Shown here: positions 12,232 to 22,939 of the stretch, piece after piece
How positions within the stretch are numbered: the first letter of the stretch is position 1
Layout of the letters: every line of letters starts with the position of its first letter
Source of the DNA: Botryllus schlosseri
Taxonomy: Eukaryota
Reading direction: 5' to 3'
DNA length: 64,000 bases
Assembly (NCBI GenBank): GCA_051294905.1
Contig: CM119375.1
Coordinates: 3,410,001 to 3,474,000 of the forward strand
The notes under the pieces: generated by a model
The model's database searches: none
The model's input: the letters and a program-made list of their open reading frames with translations, nothing else
What the model was told of the DNA's origin: nothing
Made by a program: the position numbers and the translations under genes

Positions 12232-14207
12232 ATGGACATTGCTTCGTTTATATGCCAATGTTTACTGTCTTGCTTCTTATTTCAAGAATTGACTCTTGCC
12301 AAGAGCTATTGCATCTCCCAATCGCGCAAACGTGCGATAAGTTATAATATTTATCAGAAGTTGGGACGATCATACCAGGTGAAAATTACTCTAGCTATTT
12401 TTGCGAATGTCTCCACGACGATTTCACTTAAGTAGGCTTATATGCTACATAATTCGGGCATCACAGACAGTAGATTCTTAAATATAAACATAGTACCGGC
12501 CACGAAGCGGTTCATAGATAATGTCATGTTTACTATAATGTATTTCAAACCTTGGTAACAAGTTCCAATATTAAATTTTATGACACAGACCCAATTTCAC
12601 CTTTAATCAATGAACGACATTAAAAAATACTCTATTTTGATGCATTATAGTCGGTTCGGGTAAAGTGTAGCTTTGTGTTTCAGATTCTAGACTGTTCAGC
12701 GGATACTGATGGTTACGATCCAACTTATGCGATGGGTTTGCTTTACTCCGGAAATGAGGTTTGTATCATTGTGCAGGGTGCATGTTAAGAAACGTGACTG
12801 TCCTAGTAAACCATCGTCATCATGAAACTACAATATAGCATTGTGAATAAGAACCGTCATATGTATAATTCTCCTAGTAAATCAGATAAAAGTTGAGACT
12901 ATATTTCATCTTTTCGCAGGTTCCGCAGTATTCCAGCCCCTTTCAGAATAGCCACCGATCTCCTGCCATCAAAAAGTTCCGGACTGCAGTCGCATTGATT
13001 GAAAAGCTCTCAGCAAAGGTAAGAATTCATTTTTATATTTCTCAACCCTGAAACGTGGATTATTGTGTGTTTCCATTTCTTGCAGCGACTTTCAGATATA
13101 AATAGATGCTTCACCTTCGGGGACCATTACATCACGAGTTTGATCAACAAATGTACAGTACGAAAATATCACCCCACAGTAAGTGACTCTTGAGTCCGGA
13201 ATTGTACTGCAACTTACAGCTGCAATAGAAATTCAATCCCCTTTCGATTCCGAAAGAAGTAATAGTGAATTTTTTCTCGGTGCATATGAGAGAATATACC
13301 CAACACTAGGGCTGGGCACAATGATTTGAGTACTCGAATTTGAATCGAGTATTAATTTTAATGATTCGAGTAGAGTAGTAAAAAACGATTTTTTCGAGTA
13401 TTAAATTATACGCTTCTCGCCACTGAAAGTTAATTTATCAATGAGAATTATAGTTTTGATACTAATTTTCTCTGTTGAAGCGTTGGAACCTTGATTAGCC
13501 GTATCGTAGCATGCGAAACATCTAGTACAAAGCTACGAAGGCTACTGGACGTAGCACATTTCCGAAATCATGATTATCCAACAACATTGTCATCAAGTGG
13601 AATGAATTCGGTATGGTCGAAAAATACCACCAGAGTATCATTTATGAGAAGGATAACAGGCATTATATTCTTTGTGGTGGCATAAAAGATACATATTTGC
13701 ACTTTGACGTATTGTATTATGGTATGACGTCATAATGAGTGATACTCGATTACTCGACTCGACTCGAAGCATATTACGTGATTCAGAATCGAATCACTCA
13801 GGTACTCGATTTTGCCCAGCCCGACCCAACACCTAACCCTCTCGAATACATACATATCGCAGTCAAAGACAACGTTAACTTATTGATCCCCTTTATTTTG
13901 CAGAGAAACGTATTTTCAGCAGACGTGACTGCACATGAAGATCCTATGCATGAATGCACCGAGGTACATATATGATTTGAGAATATTGATATACTCATTC
14001 ATTCATTCATTCATTCAATTCTAGAACGCCAAAACCGCGACACTCCATCGTCTCTACGCAGGACACTCAAAAGTGACGGCACTTACCGACGGATTCGTAC
14101 TGAATTCGAGAAATTTCTGCGGTTGCTTTCTGCTAGATCTTCTCACAGCTGTGAACGAAGTGAAAACGTGCCCAACTTTAAATCAGCACCAGGCGATGAA
14201 CATATAG
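12232..14207 (+). CDS. Novel secreted helical, cytokine-like protein, 218 aa; join(12232..12378,12684..12758,12920..13018,13086..13178,13904..13963,14025..14207)
   Basis: Six exons (147, 75, 99, 93, 60, 183 nt) joined by GT-AG introns (305, 161, 67, 725, 61 nt), all phase 0, give one uninterrupted ORF: MDIASFICQCLLSCFLFQELTLAKSYCISQSRKRAISYNIYQKLGRSYQ|ILDCSADTDGYDPTYAMGLLYSGNE|VPQYSSPFQNSHRSPAIKKFRTAVALIEKLSAK|RLSDINRCFTFGDHYITSLINKCTVRKYHPT|RNVFSADVTAHEDPMHECTE|NAKTATLHRLYAGHSKVTALTDGFVLNSRNFCGCFLLDLLTAVNEVKTCPTLNQHQAMNI*. It has a hydrophobic N-terminal signal-like segment (about aa 1-23) and strong splice sites (e.g. AAG/GTAAGA, ACA/GTAAGT, TTTTCGCAG, TTTATTTTGCAG). The confidence value is for the gene model; product identity is much less certain. 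Confidence 0.82.
13307..13824. mobile_element. hAT MITE family C inside intron 4 of the secreted-protein gene
   Basis: TIRs TAGGGCTGGGCA / TGCCCAGCCCGA; perfect 8-bp TSD CCCAACAC (13299-13306, 13825-13832); ACTCGA subterminal repeats. Confidence 0.9.
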
Positions 14208-14238
14208 ATCATTTCATTGATTCTTTGTCAATTGAATA

Positions 14239-14323
14239 ATTTATTTATTTGACATTTATTTATTTTATTCAATAATTTATTTAGTTTATTTATTATATAA
14301 CAATTTACTATCAGATATATTTA
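14239..14323 (+). promoter_or_regulatory. 3'UTR AU-rich element (class II-like ARE)
   Basis: Nine ATTTA pentamers in 85 nt (14239, 14243, 14254, 14258, 14275, 14279, 14288, 14303, 14319), including three TTATTTATT nonamers (14241, 14256, 14286), starting 32 nt after the stop codon. Confidence 0.7.
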
Positions 14324-14326
14324 TTT

Positions 14327-14545
14327 GAGGGGCTTCTTCGAGTTATAGAACTTCAAGATACCATTAAATAATATATTCATGTAGAAATAAACCCGGATAT
14401 TTTGGCTGACAATTGTCCAATAGTCGTCGGCAGCTACTAGTAATGACTTGGAAAGAACATATATACAATGTCGCTCTTTCCTATTCTCTACTAGTTCTTG
14501 ACGAGTGTCAGCCGAAAATATTCGTTTTTGTTTCAATATGACTAT
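14327..14545. mobile_element. Foldback family A element directly after the ARE
   Basis: Hairpin end GAGGGGCTTCTTCGAGTTATAGAACTTCAAGATA, then both inverted arms (right arm ...GACGAGTGTCAGCCGAAAATATTCG...TTTCAATATGA). Contains ATTAAA (14363) and AATAAA (14386). Confidence 0.75.
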
Positions 14546-16680
14546 CCTTCTTAGTTATATTTATTTGTAAGACGTTTTAATATTAATTGTGTGCTACGAG
14601 TGTCCACTATACACATGCCAATGCATGCTTGACCGTTAAATGTATTAATAAAACAGGATTACATGAATATGTTTGCACAATATATATTAATACAGAAAGG
14701 ATTTTACATCACGAATCACAGCTTGTAGTTAGCCGATTCAGCGCACAGATGTTAGTCACAGTTGTACCCATTCTCGGGTTATCTAAGCTTGATGACATCA
14801 AGGGAAGGCATTTCAGGCGAAGGTTATCTGCATCAATTTCCTCCGAGATAGCAATGTTGCTGATGACGGATCAAAGAGCGACCGCAAATTGTCCCAGCCA
14901 CGTGCAAGTCATTCACTCTGTTAACATTCATCATTCTTCAATTTCAAAAATTCCCGATGCTAATCCTATTCAGGGGAGTAGCAAAATTGAAGGACCCATT
15001 TATCTTTTTCATGTTTGCTAATAAGTAATGCCTCTCTCGTTAGTGGGTGGAGAAATTTTCTTTAATCAGCTACGTTACAACAACTTCATTAGCATCTTGA
15101 ACACTCTTTCGAATTCTCCCTGCGTGAGATATAAGTTCATAATGCACAGTCTCTAAGCGTGATTTTATTTATGTATACTGGTCGACTACACTGTTTGCGC
15201 TCATTAGTAACAAGCTTGTTTAGAGTTTAACCAATAACTATGCAAACATTTTAGCGATTTAGAAGAAGCTAATTATGAAAAGGTACGAGCTGTAAAACGA
15301 GGATTTCGTTGAGTCAGTCTCTGAAAGCAATTGTCCTACCCTCTAAAACCAAGGCATGATGTCATAAGTCACCCCATATATATATATATATATATATTCG
15401 TTTCCTGTTTACCAAACAATATATCTGATGTCGCTTTTATTGAGAATTTTGAAGCAACATCGTGTCGCTGTGAAATTTATGTCCATTGTACACATTTTGA
15501 GAAAACTACCTTTATGTAAATTTTTCACTTTGTTTCGTCCATATCTTGGTCATGATTAACTCTGAAACAATGTTAAAAGCTTAAACAATGTCAAAATACG
15601 GCCCAATGACTTGATTATGTATGAATTTGAAAAAATGGATCTTAAAATTTGAAAAATGGACATAAGCTACCCTTATTCCGCCGCCTCGAACTATATACGT
15701 AAAATGGTTACGAGGTATAAACTATTGACGCCACGTCAGATTTTTCATCAATGAAGTCTTGTCGACATAAATGATTTTAATCGAACAATTTCACTACGAT
15801 TACACCTGGATTTTATAAAAGCTTGAAATAAATAGCCTACAATACTCTCATAATTTACGGCAACTTCAACCAAGACTGTTCAAATGAACTGAACGTTCAT
15901 GTCATTTCAAATTTACACTTGTATGACCTCGGTTATGGCATACACACTCTGACACAAGTATATCTGGGTTTCCCGCGAGTTTACCCTAATCTTAAGGTAA
16001 TTAGGTTCACGTATTTCGACTTTTCTGCGTACTATGTCTTTTTCCGTTCAACATTGTGGTACACTTTCACTTGTTTAGCTTACGCAGACAATCCACCGTG
16101 TAAAAATTTGCTTCATAGTCGACACCGTTTATCCCTAGATTTCTTCACCCTGGTAATCGTTTCAGCACAGTTTTCCGCACCGCAAAGCCGGTAATTACAG
16201 GTTTGGTATTAGTCAACTCAGAAGCAATGGGCGTATTGAAATTTCAAATGGATTGGTAATGTTTCGATGCAACGGGAATCAGTCTTTAATCACGCTGTTA
16301 AATTGGCTTGTTGTGTGCGCGGTATTTCTTAATCATTAGTGTGCGGATTACAGACATCTAAATCAGCCATGAATCCAATCAACCACTGATTAGGCTTAAC
16401 CCATACGGAAATGAAACACGTGAACAAACACGCAAGCTGTTTTCATGGTCAAAAAATAATGAATTTTGCGAAATAACTGTTTGGTCAGTCAACGATATGA
16501 CTCCTCACGCATTGGCATTTCACACACGACATTGATATAGTGATTTTCTACGACACTGCTATATGTAGTGAGATACACTTCAGTAAGATTGGAGAAGAGA
16601 ACATTATAAATAGCCTTAACCCTGGATAGTGAATATATAAGCCAAGATAATTAACATAATGTATCACAAATGCTTTAGGC

Positions 16681-17842
16681 CAGGTGTGGGCAAACTACGG
16701 CCCGCAACGCCGTTCTGAGCGGCTCGCGAGAGTATAAAGAAACTTATTAAATATATTGATAAAAGGCGTACTAAAAATCGAATTAATGCAAGGACTTGAT
16801 AAAACTTTTTCTTAGTATATTTCACCATGATAATTCTAAGACAGTGTTTCTCAAACTGAGGGCGCGCCCCTTTAGGGGGTGAAAGGGGGGCGCCAAGCAG
16901 AGCTCAACTGAAAAATATTTTCGCGCTGGGCGCGATTTACATCCAGTTCACAACTATTGCTCCGTATTTAGTCTGAATTTCCTGTTTAAAAATCTTTCAT
17001 CCGCAGTCGTAACCTTCCATGCCATCAAACTATCCGTTTGGTTTGCTAGCATCCTGGTTGCGTTTTGTGATATGACCATAAGGGGGGAATCCTTCACCAC
17101 CGTAGGGTGGTGCGTGTCTTAAAAAAATTGAGAACCAGTGTTCTAAGGTAAATACTTCCTATATTATTTTTTATGTTCAATATCTGGCGCGACAGCGCGA
17201 TCTCAAGGCCCACGCAGTTTCAAAGGTTTCAACTGCTAAACATCACAGAAATCCTAAACGAGATTGACATAATTCGGATTCCGAGTACGATTTCAGATTG
17301 GTCACTGCAGTTTCAATAATTTCGGTGATATGCCTAAATAAAACGATTCGCACGTGTCTTAGGTACATTTGTTTCCTGTATGCGTAGAATAAGGGTATTT
17401 ATATTTTTTTATTACACATAGTAGAAGTGTATTTGAAGCTAACATGGTTATGATGCTGTCAGCATTCTCTGTCCTGGAAGTCTGGAACTGAACGAGAAGT
17501 GGAATTGGTAAATCTATGAACAGATGACTGCTCACAGATTTAAACTTCAATCCTGTTCTAAGAATCGGTACAACCGACTTTCATCGCTATAGTTTCAACA
17601 AATTGGTTATTGAGGTCGACCAGCCTATGAAATATCGCCACTGTGTCTGACGAGTGTACGATATCATCAAAGCAATGTTTGATTTGTTTTAAATAAGCAT
17701 ATATATTGTCTCCGTGTATTCACTATATCATCAAATACCAATAATGCGTTTTGGTTTATAATCCCAATTATATATAGTGCGGCCCGCGAATGAATTCAGA
17801 TATTGAATGTGGCCCACGAGCTCAAAATTTTGCCCACCCCTG
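16681..17842. mobile_element. hAT (Buster/Charlie-type) non-autonomous element with a nested second element
   Basis: TIRs CAGGTGTGGGCAAA / TTTGCCCACCCCTG, GGCCCGC subterminal motifs, TSD CTTTAGGC / CTTTAAGC (7/8). Confidence 0.85.
16842..17140. mobile_element. Nested hAT (Buster/Charlie-type) MITE
   Basis: TIRs CAGTGTTTCTCAA / TTGAGAACCAGTG; TSD TTCTAAGA / TTCTAAGG (7/8). Confidence 0.85.
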
Positions 17843-18213
17843 CTTTAAGCCCTGTTGGTATATAGGTGAACTTAATGCGGCACAACGAAAAGCATCATGC
17901 AGTTATTGACCGAAGTATATAGGCAATTAGGCATGCATTACATTGACGTAGCTTGTGACCCATCCCAATTCAGTATCCATTTTTATTTGATTCATCGCCT
18001 GTTTTTGGTATAAGACTACAAGCCTACGTGTCAATTGGTGACAAATATGCCTCAAAAACACGTTCGAAAGTTCTAATCTCCATCGGCAGGTGTTGTATGA
18101 AACATGGCGTTGATCGTTTAGTCAGTTATAAAATGAGTCCGTTGCTACGTTGCATTAATTTTCCATGTGAAACGTGAAGCTATGCCATTCACATTTGTTG
18201 CGACTTCGTTATT

Positions 18214-19020
18214 TTACAGAGACCTTCCGGGCGCAGCGCGTGGATCAGTTTTGTCTGTTCGTATATACTTCGATTCGTGTCCCTGAATAACTTCCTGCAT
18301 GATGTCCTTGAGTTCATGAAAGTTTGAGATTATAAATAGACCCCTTGGATCAGTTTGTGTCGCTTTTGATACGTAATACTTGTGTTCCTGATAAGTAATA
18401 GATTAGATAACACTTGAAAATAACCGCTGTTTCAAGTGCTGAAATAGCATCGATTGGGTGGCATTGTCACCTTCATGCAATAGCAATTTTGGGTGGTCCA
18501 CCTCGATAACTTCCTAATCGCAATCGCTCTTACTGCAACATGTGCTACAAGAGCATTGGTTTTCATTATCCTGTAATTACAACATCGTCGATATAGCATA
18601 CGTGGTTAAAATGACGTGAGCAAAAGGATTCAATAACATTCTTTATCGTTAGATTTATTTGATATAGTCCGGGTGTAGGCTGTACCCCGCCCAGAGGCTA
18701 ATGCTGAGTTGAATTTCGAGCGTTATGGATATGCGTTTAGGTTTTACGCGGTGTGCTCATAATCGCAAACTCAATTGACCAACTTGCATGTTGACTGGAA
18801 ATAAACTCGAATTACGCTTTACGACCAGTCGGGTTATACGAATTACGTGTCACATAGGCGCTGGAAGAACGAACTTATCCGTAATGGTGACGACGAGGAA
18901 GAAATTGGACAAAACTTATCCGTAATCATATTACCTGTATTTTGCATATCGGCCTGCAACACTTTTCAATAATGACTTCACTGTTGATCTATCAAGAAAG
19001 AACATTATGATATTACTACC
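18214..19020 (-). pseudogene. Decayed von Willebrand factor A (vWA) domain coding fragment
   Basis: The minus strand gives, in vWA order: NIIMFFLDRSTVKSLLKSVAGRY (like DIVFLLDGS...VKxFV), KTNALVAHV (like GTNTGxAL), GGPPKIAIA*R*QCHPIDAISALETAVI (like GVPKIAIVxTDGxS), and TDPRGLFIISNFHELKDIMQEVI (like SDPxxHVFxVxNFxELxxI). Stops and frameshifts interrupt it. Confidence 0.5.
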
Positions 19021-19126
19021 TAATACAAGTCAAATAACAACTAACTAGATATGATGGTCTATATTCTAATAAATCAAGCATATTCGCGTATACATGAGCT
19101 GTACGTACAGACACGCTGTACAACAG

Positions 19127-19572
19127 CAGTGTTTCCCAGCCCTTTACAGTCCGCAACTCACTTTTAATGCAAGTTGTTTGTGCGCCCCACAATGAGATAT
19201 GACCAAACGATTGAGAACCTATGTATGCACATGGAATTTAGTATTAATGTGAATGTTGAGCTTGTACATGAGGTATTATTAGATCAAGTCTAGGCTTCAT
19301 TGGCTTAATTTTCCTTCTAGGAAATATCCAGAAATACCTAAAATTGAGGAACAATTATTTTACACCAAACACCACATGTAAGACCGTCAGTATTTCAAAG
19401 GTATTTTATATCTACCTACAAAACTGCTGTCACATCAATTAGAGAATATTGCTGAAAGACCAGCATAAACCAGCCCTCGATGATATATTGAATAGAAAAC
19501 TGTGACATTTAGGAAGGCTTTGAGACCCACCTGAAATGGACTCGCGACCCGCTGCATGGTTGGGAAGTATTG
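19127..19572. mobile_element. hAT (Buster/Charlie-type) MITE
   Basis: Ends CAGTGTTTCCCAGCC / GGTTGGGAAGTATTG; TSD not clean. Confidence 0.6.
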
Positions 19573-22500
19573 CTGTATAAGACCACTCATGGCTGAGTAT
19601 ATTCATCACTTACTATTTGCCATAAACACAATTTATTGGTTTAAGATCGAACCATATCCGTTACGCTTAACAACAACAATAATAATAATATTAACCGATA
19701 CCAATAGTCATTGGCGGTTGGCGCTACAGGGGTCGTAAGCAAAAAAGTCATGACACATGTCCAAAAGATTCCGTGATACGTTCGATTCTACATGATCCAG
19801 ATCACTTTATTGGACACTGTGCATATATTCTCCGAAAGACCGCGAAAGCGTCACCAGACTAAACTACAATTGTGTACTATACTCGAAAATCACAGTACAA
19901 TTTCTGTAGTTTCGACCATTCATTTTCAATCATCTCTACCTCTGCAACCCGTTCCAACTCTTCATCTATACCGCAATTTGGTACTTTGACCTCTTCGTGC
20001 ATTGCATAGGAATTCAATTTGACCGTATACCTGAAATTTTAAGTTTACTTCAATCTAGACATTCTCCTGAGGAGGCAGGTTGCTCCCCGGATTATGTGTG
20101 TATTTACCAGTGCACTGAAAATAAGGAATATAATGATGAAACAACATCAATCAGTGTGCGTGAATCATTTTCCAATGCCCAGTAAAATCCCGCTGTTTTC
20201 CGAGTCACTCAGCGCGATTCCAACGAGGTATGAAATGACACCACTGCCATTGGATTATGTCAACCCAGATCGAATTTTCACAGGTGGACGCTAGAGATAA
20301 GGCGAGTTTCATCAGATGGACCACCGTGAAGAAGTGTCTATTTGTCGTTACACGGTGTTTCATTTCTCATGGCCTTAAGTACGAATCGCAACGGCCGATT
20401 GAAACACAACAATCCATTCAACGTATTACTCACGACTACGGGCATCGTGGTCCCAAGTCTTGAGAGCATTCTATCTGGGGTTGCGTTTAAAACAAAAGGG
20501 AATTTAAAACAAGGCCCTTGTTTAAAACATGTTTTTATTGTTTTTTCTTTAAGCCATGACGCCATGATTGATATAGTGTATTGATATTCACAAATGAAAA
20601 TATAGGGTAAATATAGCTCCTTTGGCGAAATAGGCTTCCAAACCCTGTCATATACGGACCAAAAATATTTTTGACCAGGGCTACATCGTCATGCAACATT
20701 TTTACGGTCGGCGGTCGTCATAATCAGAACACTCATTCCGTATCAATGATCTGTACTATAGCTGTTGAACCGACTATTCCGAGGGTTCAAAATGAGACAC
20801 ACGTTCGCCGAAATCTCTTCGATATTGACATAGTGGGCGCTTATCGTCACTACTATACGCTGTCTCCCGCGCAAAAAAAAATCAAGTGGCCCGCGCAATG
20901 GTTTGTAACTTTCATGTGGCCCTTTGGTCGAAAAGGTTGGCCACCCCTGATCTAAAGAGTGTTAAAAGAAGAAAGCCATCTATCTTTCACATAGAACGAA
21001 AATCTTGTAATAAATATTTTTTGCAAATCAGAGTGACTTCTGCTGTTTGCTTTCAGATACCAGACCAGAAATGCGAGGTTTCGACCCGAAAAGTGTCATC
21101 GTATTATTCGGTCGAAACGCAAAAGCGTGATCGCAATTGGTTGACTAAAAATGCGCTTATAAACATGGGAGATATAATTGGCATCTCAGAAGGACCGGGT
21201 TACGATTTCGCGGTCAAACCTCCCCTGCGTCATTGCACACGACGTACCACCACAGCAGAATTCGAGGGCCTATGTACCTGCAACCAATGATGGCCAAGAC
21301 GGGCGTATCATCACGTATCATAAGTATGAGTGGAGCGTGCGTCTTGACCTCCAGGAAACCGCTGAGACTGGCTCGGTGAACCCCTATAGAGTTCCAGTAG
21401 CAAAGGTTATGAACCACTGTTCTATAGAGTGTACAAAGAAGGACGCAATTCCAGAGCATGCAGGAGGATGAGGAATAATTGGCCGTGGTGTCATCACATT
21501 CAATGCAGTTCATTTTCGATACATGGTTGCTGTATTTTCTCCTCGGTATACATTTGTATACTTCATAGGCATGGTATCATTATAGAACTGCCCACACACC
21601 TGCTCCCTAGCATGGTGCAAAGTATGAATTTACTTTTGAATATTTTCAGAGTTCCATTGTGCAAATCGAATGGTTAGGTTCTTGCTGTCGTATGTGGGGT
21701 TAATGGTGCTTGACTACTAAGGTCCTGTGCACCATAACACTTCGAAAATAATATATCCGCATAAAGTAGATTGATTGGGTGACTATAATACGGATTCCAT
21801 AACAAGCTGAATTGTATATGGACTGGAATGGTTAAGTCTGATCATTAAAAAACAGGGCGTGCTCGCGCATACACGGATATCAAGTAAAATCAAAATCCCA
21901 CGGTACAACAACAATAAAATCGATGGGAGTCGAAAAGTTTTGAGTAAACATAATATTGAAATTTGACTTTGTTTGCTCGCCAGTAAATTGATAAACTGCG
22001 AACATCAGACGTTCCAGTTTCGATGTAATCGCAACGTGTGAGACCGCTTTTTCGCCCGTGTCGTGTTTGGACTGTACATAAGTCAAGTTCATTAAGTGTT
22101 TGATAACAGATATTCGATACTCGGGCGCGCAAGCAAAATCAAATTCCTAGCAACACTAGTTCTCTCACAGTTCGTGTGCATGTGTAATTGCTATTTCGCC
22201 AGCAGCGAGCGGCGCGCGTGGTAGGAATTAGATTTCGTTTCGTCTGCGCCTTGGGTTTAAGGGGCGCGTGTGATATATACGGTACCACTATATCCGTACA
22301 CAAATAATGTATAGTCGATATACAACACACACAGTTAAGCAACTAGAAGAATTTCAGATTTTCAAAATTAGATTAGGGAATTAGGATTACTGAATTCTCC
22401 AAAACTTTTAAATTGAATTAAATTACGAATTCAAATGAATGCAGCAAGGATTAAGTTCAGTTCATATCAAATCAGATATCATTCTAAGCGTGAGAATGCC

Positions 22501-22639
22501 AAATGTATGTACATTGTACACCAAGCTTGGCTTTTGCACGATGCAGCTGTCCGGTAGCATTTTCATTAGTACCAGATAATCAGACTAGAATTAAAAGTAG
22601 ATAATAGATATATTTCCATACATTAGGTTAGAATGATAT

Positions 22640-22931
22640 TCCCGGTATTTTACCAGGGCCGTAATATGGTTATTTGCGCCCAGCACATTAATTGCATTAA
22701 CACAATGTCTTTTGAGGTATTGCTTCGTTTTTCTGGTCTTTAGCGGCCATCTTTCCAGAGTTCGGCTCTCTCTTCTTCCGGATTTTTCCAGGCGCTGTAT
22801 TTACAGCGGGATCGGCGATGAGGAGCCCAGATAAACCTCCGACACATAGAAACATGGCAGAGCCGAGACTCGAACCACCAACCATTGGTTGGTGACGTGA
22901 CTGCAGTCGTGACTGCGCCACTCGCTTCCCC
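22640..22931 (-). mobile_element. tRNA-derived SINE copy
   Basis: Minus-strand head GGGGAAGCGAGTGGCGCAGTC...GGGTTCGAGTCTCGG; the body ATGTGTCGGAGGTTTATCTGGGCTCCTCATCGCCGA matches the 7129-7490 copy. The 3' boundary is approximate. Confidence 0.8.
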
Positions 22932-22939
22932 AACCAGAC

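Noticed and set aside
13179-13228. Alternative acceptor at 13219 giving a short stop-containing last exon for the secreted protein
   Set aside because: It would need a 41-nt intron, shorter than the others here. The downstream exons at 13904 and 14025 have stronger sites, stay in frame and lead directly into the ARE.
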